Positions 57,647 to 64,000 of a DNA stretch of 64,000 bases are shown piece by piece. The stretch covers positions 13,863 through 77,862 of the forward strand of contig JAFZLK010000109.1 of the NCBI GenBank assembly GCA_017551515.1. The letters run 5' to 3'. The position numbers and the translations under genes are program-made. The stretch's first letter is position 1. Every line of letters starts with the position of its first letter. The notes under the pieces are model-generated. The model was given only the letters and a program-made list of their open reading frames with translations, searched no databases and was not told the DNA's origin. This DNA is from Bacteroidales bacterium (lineage in GTDB: Bacteria > Bacteroidota > Bacteroidia > Bacteroidales > ML635J-15).

Positions 57647-58567
57647 ATGACACCTAACATTTTAGAAGGCAGTAAAGCCAAATACATATACTTCCCCGAA
57701 GAACAGGACACCATAATAAGCCGTTCGAACTATGCAACTTTGTATGTTGGCGCAAATGCCGATACAAAGGAGAAAGTAGTCCTGAAAAAAATCTCCACGA
57801 CACTGTTCGGAAACGATGCACAACGGTTCAAGTTCTTCGCTACAGTATGCAACGAAGTTAAAAATGACGGACTTGTAAGCATTGAGGACATGATTTTTGA
57901 TGGAAGCGACATCTACCTTGTATGCAAATTTGTATCGGGACGCACTTTGAAGGAACTGATTTACGACCCAAAATTCATGGATTATCGCAACGATATTTTC
58001 TTCCTGCGCATAATTGCAAACTGCCTCGAAACTTTGTCGTACCTACACAAGCTAAAACTTTGCCACGGAAACTTAACTCCTGAAAACATCATAGTGCAAT
58101 GGGACGAATGCGAAGAATTTGACTTCATGTACCCGACAACAAAGATTTTAAGCATCGAAAGCATCAAGCTGGGATTCAAGAACATGCCACTCTTACGCAA
58201 AGTTTCCGACACACGATACCAAAGTCCAGAACAAGTAATTGGGTTCGAGGATTTAGTTGGCGACTACAGCGATACATACAGCATGGGACTTATAATGTAC
58301 GAAGCATTGGCAAGGGAACCTGTTTTTCCAACCGACAAGCCAATCGTAAAACGGCAACAGGTGTTCGGCAAGATCGAACAGCACTACCGCATTAGCGACG
58401 AAGCACACGCAATCATATCGAAAGCGACAGTGCGTCCACTGCCATTCGTTCCAGGAGCAATTAGCGACAATGCACAAAAAATTATGGTACTCAAGGCATT
58501 GAACGACAGGTATCAGTCAGTGGAAGTTTTCAAAAAGGAATTGGACGAACTAATAGAAAACATATAA
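57647..58567 (+). CDS. Protein-kinase-fold protein, probably a pseudokinase
   Basis: The VAIK-like 'KVVLKKI' is present. The catalytic-loop position reads 'LCHGNLTPENIIV' (HGN in place of HRD). 'YQSPEQ' is APE-like, and 'DTYSMGLIMYEAL' is subdomain IX-like. No GxGxxG or DFG motif is recognisable. The gene starts 4 nt after the GWxTD gene stop. Confidence 0.65.
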   Translation: MTPNILEGSKAKYIYFPEEQDTIISRSNYATLYVGANADTKEKVVLKKISTTLFGNDAQRFKFFATVCNEVKNDGLVSIEDMIFDGSDIYLVCKFVSGRTLKELIYDPKFMDYRNDIFFLRIIANCLETLSYLHKLKLCHGNLTPENIIVQWDECEEFDFMYPTTKILSIESIKLGFKNMPLLRKVSDTRYQSPEQVIGFEDLVGDYSDTYSMGLIMYEALAREPVFPTDKPIVKRQQVFGKIEQHYRISDEAHAIISKATVRPLPFVPGAISDNAQKIMVLKALNDRYQSVEVFKKELDELIENI

Positions 58568-58590
58568 ATGGATAATGGACAATTAATGAT

Positions 58591-58753
58591 GGGCTAAAAG
58601 GCTAGCAGGCTGAAAGGCTAACAGGCTGAAAGGCTAACAGTCTTGCGGAAGACCAGACGAACAGCTTACCAGACCGTTAGACAGTGAGCCTGCAAGACAA
58701 AATCAGCTTTATGGTTTTAAGCCTTCAAGCCCCAAAAACAAAAACATAGAAAC
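58591..58753 (-). repeat. Octamer-phased intergenic repeat related (in reverse orientation) to the tail of the 47790-48045 element
   Basis: Six in-phase octamers, GGCTAAAA GGCTAGCA GGCTGAAA GGCTAACA GGCTGAAA GGCTAACA, span 58592-58639, and the 16-mer GGCTGAAAGGCTAACA occurs twice. G......A octamers then continue: GTCTTGCG GAAGACCA GACGAACA GCTTACCA GACCGTTA GACAGTGA GCCTGCAA. The reverse complement shares 'CCGCAAGACTG', 'GGTCTTC', 'TGTCTAAC' and 'GTTTCTATG' with 47940-48040. Confidence 0.85.
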
Positions 58754-58779
58754 TTAATATAAATTAAAAAATAACGATT

Positions 58780-59481
58780 ATGACAGCAGACGAAAAAAAC
58801 AGAATGCAGAAGAAATGGGACACTGAAATAAAGTCCCTCGACTCATGGAGCATGTTCAAGGTAATGGGCGAACTCGTAAACGGTTTCGACCACTATGCAA
58901 AGTTAGGTCCATGCGTTGCAATATTCGGTTCGGCAAGAACAAAGGAAAACAATCCCTACTACATTAGCGCAGAAGAAACTGCTTGCCAGCTGGTTAAGAA
59001 AGGTTACGGTATCATAACAGGTGGCGGTCCTGGCATCATGGAAGCAGGTAACCGCGGAGCACAGCGCGGTGGTGGAACATCGGCAGGTTGCAACATCGTA
59101 CTCGAATTCGAACAGGCAGCAAACAAGTACATCGACAGTGATAAGCTCGTTACTTTCAACTACTTCTTCACCCGTAAAACCATGTTCATGCGTTATGCTC
59201 AGGGATTCATCATCTTCCCGGGTGGATTCGGAACATTTGACGAACTTTTTGAAGCTATCACACTGATACAGACCAAGAAAATCGCCAAGTTCCCGATTAT
59301 CCTCTATGGTTCGAAATACTGGACTGGACTTTTCGAATGGGTAAAGACATGTGTACTCGAACAGGAACACAACATTTCGGAAAAAGACCTCGAAATCTAC
59401 AACATCGTTGACACTCCTGAAGAAGCCGTAAAGATTATCGAAGACTTCTACCGCGACTACGAACACAAACCGAATTTCTAA
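58780..59481 (+). CDS. LOG-family protein (TIGR00730-type; cytokinin riboside 5'-monophosphate phosphoribohydrolase-like)
   Basis: 'GGGPGIMEAGNRGA' and 'PGGFGTFDELFE' (the PGGxGTxxE motif) are present. The protein is 233 aa. Confidence 0.9.
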   Translation: MTADEKNRMQKKWDTEIKSLDSWSMFKVMGELVNGFDHYAKLGPCVAIFGSARTKENNPYYISAEETACQLVKKGYGIITGGGPGIMEAGNRGAQRGGGTSAGCNIVLEFEQAANKYIDSDKLVTFNYFFTRKTMFMRYAQGFIIFPGGFGTFDELFEAITLIQTKKIAKFPIILYGSKYWTGLFEWVKTCVLEQEHNISEKDLEIYNIVDTPEEAVKIIEDFYRDYEHKPNF

Positions 59482-59496
59482 TATTGATAAGGTTAC

Positions 59497-59532
59497 AAAA
59501 AATAAGCAAGCCGATTGGCTTGCTTATTTTTT
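59497..59532. terminator. Bidirectional intrinsic terminator between the LOG gene and purH
   Basis: 'AAAAAATAAGCAAGCC-gatt-GGCTTGCTTATTTTTT' forms a 16-bp perfect stem including the A/T runs. Confidence 0.85.
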
Positions 59533-59550
59533 GCTATTGTCCCAAACATT

Positions 59551-61068
59551 CTAGTGCCTGAAATGCCTTATTCCAGTAAATACCATCGGAATCTTGTTTT
59601 CATTGCAGAAGTTTATTGTGTCTTCGTCGCGGATTGAACCACCGGGCTGAATTACTGCAGAAATACCTTCCTTGTATGCTATTTCGATTGAATCGGCAAA
59701 CGGGAAGAATGCATCAGAAGCCATAACTGCACCATTAAGGTCAAAACCGAATCCTTTTGCCTTTTCGATAGCCTGCTTCAAAGCATCCACACGCGAAGTC
59801 TGACCTGTACCGCTTGCCAAAAGCTGGGCATTCTTCACAAGCACTATTGCATTAGACTTAGTACTCTTCACCAACTTGTTGGCAAAGAACAAATCCTGAA
59901 TCTGCGCAGATGTCGGCTTTTCATTGGTAACATACTTCAAGTCGTCCATTCCTTCGATACGCGTATCGCGTTCCTGAACCAAAACGCCGTTTATTGCACT
60001 ACGCAATACATATTTCGACACATTGTTATGCTTCTGAACAAGTATTATGCGGTTTTTCTTCTGTTCAAGCACCTCGAGCGCCTCTTTTGTAAAATCAGGA
60101 GCAATTATAACCTCGAAGAAAATCTTGTTTATCTCCATTGCTACCTCGCGGTCAATAGGACGATTTGTAACAATGATTCCGCCGTATGCAGAAACAGGGT
60201 CACAAGCAAGAGCATCCTTCCATGCATTGAGCAATGTGCTACGGGTTGCTACGCCACAAGCATTATTATGCTTAAGAATTGCAACAGTTGTATCCTCGAA
60301 CTCGCGAATCAGGTTAATGCCAGCATCAATGTCAAGAATATTGTTGTAACTAACTTCCTTACCGTGCAACTTGGTAAACATCTCATCGAAATTGCCGAAA
60401 AATTTTGCTTCCTGATGCGGATTCTCACCATAACGCAGTGGCATATATTCGCGCTTCGACAACTTAAGCTGGGACATCGAATCATTGTCGAACCAATTGA
60501 AGATTGCCGAATCATAGTTTGAACTGATACCAAAAGCCTCACGTGCAAATCTACGACGTGTTTCCAAGTCAGTTGAACAACCATTTTCCTCAATAATGTT
60601 GCAAAGTTCCTGATACTGACCTTTATGCGAAATTATCAGCACATCCTTGTAGTTCTTTGCAGCTGCTCTAATCAACGAAATGCCACCAATATCAATCTTT
60701 TCAATTATGTCGCTCTCAGAAGCATTCGACATTACTGTTTGCTCGAAAGGATACAAGTCAACAATAACCAAATCTATCTCAGGTATTTCATACTTCTGCA
60801 TCTGCTCCAAATGGCTTTCTTCTTCACGAATGGCAAGAATTCCACCAAAAATCTTGGGATGCAAAGTCTTTACCCTACCATCGAGAATTGAGGGATAACC
60901 TGTAACATCCTCTACCTTAGTCACATCAACATCCAATGATGAAATGAAATCGTAGGTGCCACCTGTAGAATAAATCTTAACACCATGGTTGCTCAAATTC
61001 TTGACAACCAAATCCAAATCGTGCTTGTCGAACACTGAAATCAACGCAGACTTAATAACTTTTTGCAT
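59551..61068 (-). CDS. purH: Bifunctional AICAR transformylase / IMP cyclohydrolase
   Basis: The N-terminal MGS-like domain reads 'ALISVFDKHDL...GGTY' and the C-terminal end of the AICARFT domain reads 'FTGIRHFRH'. The protein is 505 aa. Confidence 0.96.
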   Translation of the reverse strand: MQKVIKSALISVFDKHDLDLVVKNLSNHGVKIYSTGGTYDFISSLDVDVTKVEDVTGYPSILDGRVKTLHPKIFGGILAIREEESHLEQMQKYEIPEIDLVIVDLYPFEQTVMSNASESDIIEKIDIGGISLIRAAAKNYKDVLIISHKGQYQELCNIIEENGCSTDLETRRRFAREAFGISSNYDSAIFNWFDNDSMSQLKLSKREYMPLRYGENPHQEAKFFGNFDEMFTKLHGKEVSYNNILDIDAGINLIREFEDTTVAILKHNNACGVATRSTLLNAWKDALACDPVSAYGGIIVTNRPIDREVAMEINKIFFEVIIAPDFTKEALEVLEQKKNRIILVQKHNNVSKYVLRSAINGVLVQERDTRIEGMDDLKYVTNEKPTSAQIQDLFFANKLVKSTKSNAIVLVKNAQLLASGTGQTSRVDALKQAIEKAKGFGFDLNGAVMASDAFFPFADSIEIAYKEGISAVIQPGGSIRDEDTINFCNENKIPMVFTGIRHFRH

Positions 61069-61098
61069 ATATTTCTTTTTTTAGTTCTATAATTAAAC

Positions 61099-61839
61099 TT
61101 ACTTTTTATTCATAAATCGTTGGCGTACAACTTCGTACACAACTACTGCGGTAGAAACCGACACATTGAGCGATTCGGTCTTGCCTTGCATCGGAATCTT
61201 AACCAGCTTGTCAGCCCTCTTCATCAAGGTCTTTGATACGCCAACATCCTCCGAACCCATTATTATTGCCGTAGGTCCCGAAAAATCCTCATCGTAGACA
61301 ATATTTTCGGTCTTTTCGGTTGATGCATATACACGGAATCCGCTTTGTTGCAAAAACAGCACTGTATCGACCAAATTTTTCTCGCGACAAACTGGAATAT
61401 TGTACAAAGCACCTGCAGATGTCTTTATTGCATCCTCAGTAATTCTTGCCGAATTGGTCTCAGGAATAACGATAGCAGTAACGCCTGCGCACTCGCAAGT
61501 ACGCGCTATAGCACCAAAATTGCGCACATCGGTAATGCCATCAAGCAAAATTACTAAAGGCGTAACGCCCTCATCAAACGACTTCAATACCACCTGCTCT
61601 AAACTTTGGTATGTGACTGGCGATATATATGCAACCACTCCCTGATGATTCTTGTTAGTAATTTTGTCAAGCTTTTCGGCTGGAACATACTGGATGTTCA
61701 ACTTGTTACGACGCAATTCCGCCATCAGTTCCACAGCTAAGTCACCAGTCATATTCTGCCTGACCAGCACCTTGTCAATCTCCTGCCCTGCCCTAATCGC
61801 TTCGAGCACAGGTCTTATTCCAAAAATTAATTCACTCAT
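61099..61839 (-). CDS. rlmB: TrmH/SpoU-family 23S rRNA (guanosine-2'-O)-methyltransferase, RlmB-like
   Basis: The N-terminal substrate-binding domain reads 'IFGIRPVLEAIRAG'. SpoU motifs are present: 'LDGITDVRNFGAIART', 'IIMGSEDVGVS' and 'LNVSVSTAVVVYE'. The protein is 246 aa. Confidence 0.85.
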   Translation of the reverse strand: MSELIFGIRPVLEAIRAGQEIDKVLVRQNMTGDLAVELMAELRRNKLNIQYVPAEKLDKITNKNHQGVVAYISPVTYQSLEQVVLKSFDEGVTPLVILLDGITDVRNFGAIARTCECAGVTAIVIPETNSARITEDAIKTSAGALYNIPVCREKNLVDTVLFLQQSGFRVYASTEKTENIVYDEDFSGPTAIIMGSEDVGVSKTLMKRADKLVKIPMQGKTESLNVSVSTAVVVYEVVRQRFMNKK

Positions 61840-63094
61840 TGTTCAATTTTGAAACTGTAAATATTTTCCCTGACCGCCAAGTCGTCAAGACCTGCGACCA
61901 TACCGACTGATATGTATTGGACCTCAACAGCGAATAATCGTTGCGAAGTCCCGATGTATTCTCAAATGTAAATAGCAATCCGTTTGTGTCGCCATATATC
62001 CACTCCTCGCTTGTATGCGTTATGTTGACAATGGACGGCGGTCCAAGCATTATGTACAGCATACCACGATCGGTTTGCCAACCTTCCACCCGACTTGGGA
62101 AAAGCATATTCGCCAATGCCACACGACTATAGAACACCCGAATCTGCTCTTTAGCATTTTTTTCGTTCTTCGACAAGCCTAGCCAAAATGCATCAACAGA
62201 TTTCTTAAGGTACTCTGATGAATCAAGCCTAGCGAACTCCTTGTCGGTACAAATAAGTTTCAATGGTTCCAACATATCCGCGACCTTTGTTACCGATGGA
62301 TACGACTGGTTGTTTGTTGCAACAATGCCAAACTTTTCATTTTTGGATACCGTTCCCAATGCATACAAGCCAGCCTTGTCGATGTGCAAAGTATCGCCGA
62401 AAGTGTATCGGAAAATCGAATCTGGTAAATTCGGAGCTTTAACTGGAGAACTCAAGTATGGTGGAAGCGAAACATAACTTTTTTCGCTGTAAAATTCAAT
62501 ATCCACAGACTTGTTGCAGTCGGCACCTCCCGACAGAACCAACGACCTACCTGCAGAAACAACATTGGAAAACAAAACCTCATCGGAACTTGTTTTTGCA
62601 ATGAATTTGTCATCGTTGAAAACAGGAGTATTCTTCAAATCGCAAATCAAACGCTTGCGAATATCGTATCGGACATTCACAAAATCGATGACGACCTTGT
62701 ACGCCACCTTCTCTGCCAAAGCAAGCTTAAAACGTCCATACACATAATCGCCAGAAGAAACATCAAAGGTATAACGCATTGATGCAGTATCGGCAAGCTG
62801 GAAATCGCCAGCCGTGCGCAGATAGTATTTGACATAAACGTTTATCTCCTTTTCAAGCGGATTTGCAAGAGCGTTTTTCAGTTCCTGCGTACGAATGCGA
62901 AAAAACACATCGGCTTCGGAATCAGACGATACATAGGCAGTAATCTGCGGATTAACAACCGACGAACTAGGTTTGTACATTGACGAAAAGTCGGAAGCCG
63001 ATGACCTCTGCGCATTTGACGATGAAAGCACGTCCCTCTGAAACGCCCAGCATCCGCCCAACAACAGAAGCGACAACAACAGCAATATGTACAC
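61832..63094 (-). CDS. GWxTD-domain lipoprotein (function unknown)
   Basis: A lipoprotein-like signal 'LLLSLLLLGGC' is present. The C-terminal 'FW........N......FY.R...AN..F.....GWQTDRGMLYIMLGPPS........EEWIY......LFTFE........DYSLLRSN' carries the canonical GWxTD motif. The stop overlaps the rlmB start by 8 nt. Confidence 0.78.
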   Translation of the reverse strand: MYILLLLSLLLLGGCWAFQRDVLSSSNAQRSSASDFSSMYKPSSSVVNPQITAYVSSDSEADVFFRIRTQELKNALANPLEKEINVYVKYYLRTAGDFQLADTASMRYTFDVSSGDYVYGRFKLALAEKVAYKVVIDFVNVRYDIRKRLICDLKNTPVFNDDKFIAKTSSDEVLFSNVVSAGRSLVLSGGADCNKSVDIEFYSEKSYVSLPPYLSSPVKAPNLPDSIFRYTFGDTLHIDKAGLYALGTVSKNEKFGIVATNNQSYPSVTKVADMLEPLKLICTDKEFARLDSSEYLKKSVDAFWLGLSKNEKNAKEQIRVFYSRVALANMLFPSRVEGWQTDRGMLYIMLGPPSIVNITHTSEEWIYGDTNGLLFTFENTSGLRNDYSLLRSNTYQSVWSQVLTTWRSGKIFTVSKLNNE

Positions 63095-63101
63095 TACATT
63101 C

Positions 63102-64000
63102 CTAATATTCAGTCTCCTTATTTTGGAATTTTCTATCCATGTCCTTCAAGAAAGCATTCTTATCTGTATTGCCCTCGAGTACCACATTATAATTATCGGT
63201 ATATTTTTCTTTCGATTCGGCAATTATCGACCTATACTTATTTGTACCGTCACCTTCTTCGGAATAGGTCTTAACATATTTTCCGTCCGTATTGAAATAG
63301 AAAAACTTGTCATTGTCAACCATAATAAGCATCTCGAAAACTTCTGATGCTGCGCTTCTCGACTTTATAATCCTGATGTATCCATAAACATTACGCAATA
63401 CACGATGCTTGCCGAAACTTACAATACCAATTGGTCCACCATACACCATTCCCCTCTTCTGTGACTTTCTGTCGTAAACAAACTTAACACCAGTTATGAC
63501 AACTTTGTCTTCTGTAAGCATTTTGGGAATCTTGTTGTAATTGCCGAAACTTACACTTGTCATATACTTGTTGTACTCGGCTGTATCGAGGAACTGCTTC
63601 AACGCCACATGGTAATCCTCGTCATTTTCGTCAACCACATCCGAACTTGCAGCCGTCAGCACCTTAGCCAAGTGTTCGTATGCAGCATTGGGCATTGGCA
63701 TATTAATAAACATCGTGGTATTGAACACTGTTGTATCTGTTTCCACATTATAGCTGAATGTCCCATATGAATTAAGGTTGAACACCTTGGCATCGAAATT
63801 CTTGCTGAAAGCAAAATGTCCCTCACCATTTATATTGCAAGTGCTGACATCAATTGCCATATAGTTGCCAGGAAGATTAGGCTCATACAACTTTTCCATC
63901 GAAGCAATTTCGTACTTTCCAGAATCCACATCATAGTGAATGTAACCGTTTGCATCGAAAATTGTCTCGTCTGCTGAAGCACTACGCTTTAGGATAAATG
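63102..64000 (-). CDS. Hypothetical protein whose 5' end lies outside the window
   Basis: The reading frame stays open from the listed GTG (63929) to the window edge at 64000, so the gene is truncated by the window. It ends 7 nt upstream of the GWxTD gene on the same strand. No family was recognised. Confidence 0.55.
   Translation of the reverse strand, partial: FILKRSASADETIFDANGYIHYDVDSGKYEIASMEKLYEPNLPGNYMAIDVSTCNINGEGHFAFSKNFDAKVFNLNSYGTFSYNVETDTTVFNTTMFINMPMPNAAYEHLAKVLTAASSDVVDENDEDYHVALKQFLDTAEYNKYMTSVSFGNYNKIPKMLTEDKVVITGVKFVYDRKSQKRGMVYGGPIGIVSFGKHRVLRNVYGYIRIIKSRSAASEVFEMLIMVDNDKFFYFNTDGKYVKTYSEEGDGTNKYRSIIAESKEKYTDNYNVVLEGNTDKNAFLKDMDRKFQNKETEY

Noticed and set aside
1-64000. Mobile element, prophage, integron, diversity-generating retroelement or defence island
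   Set aside because: No transposase, integrase, recombinase, reverse transcriptase, phage structural, restriction-modification, toxin-antitoxin or cas-like ORF could be recognised. tRNA-Asn has no adjacent integrase or direct repeat of its 3' end. The repeat variation in the surface genes is not adenine-specific, and there is no RT to support a DGR.

Overview
This is a 64-kb chromosomal window from a Bacteroidota genome, probably Bacteroidales-like. That assignment rests on T9SS C-terminal sorting domains, a TonB-dependent receptor/DUF4249 pair, and TTTG/TAnnTTTG-type promoter boxes with no Shine-Dalgarno sequences. All calls come from reading the sequence and the ORF track; no similarity search was run. 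About half of the window (bases 1-38078) encodes four secreted T9SS cargo proteins. Two are mid-sized paralogues at 1-6369. The other two are ~13-kb genes on the minus strand: 11411-24349 (4312 aa, type B/gliding-motility CTD) and 25233-38078 (~4281 aa, type A CTD). The housekeeping genes lon, a U32 peptidase and an RlmI-like methyltransferase sit between them. The right half is mostly core metabolism and envelope: an acyl-CoA ligase, a four-helix-bundle protein/C69 dipeptidase/LysM-MltD-like operon, tRNA-Asn, rsfS-ftsH-cdsA, lplA, TBDR+DUF4249, a ThrE-family exporter, a thioesterase, a His-rich COG0523 GTPase, a LOG-family protein, purH and rlmB. I found no rRNA, CRISPR array, transposase, integrase, reverse transcriptase or recognisable defence genes. 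Four things are not explained by ordinary annotation. (1) At least five intergenic loci within ~20 kb carry a dispersed, mosaic repeat family. It is built from 16-17-nt units (a mini-palindrome followed by GTTTCT) and octamer-phased words, and the mini-palindromes show compensatory G/C swaps. One copy lies between a promoter-like box pair and a strong intrinsic terminator in a divergent promoter region, making it a candidate ~215-nt multi-hairpin sRNA. (2) There are two GWxTD-domain genes of unknown function, one tightly coupled to a degenerate (HGN for HRD) kinase-fold protein. (3) The type B CTD giant protein has no adjacent PorP/SprF-family gene, is preceded by a small secreted protein, and carries a P-domain-like fold split by a ~280-aa insert. 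(4) Fur/Zur-box-like 16-bp tandem repeats lie upstream of the zinc-chaperone-like GTPase. All functional interpretations of these are hypotheses.
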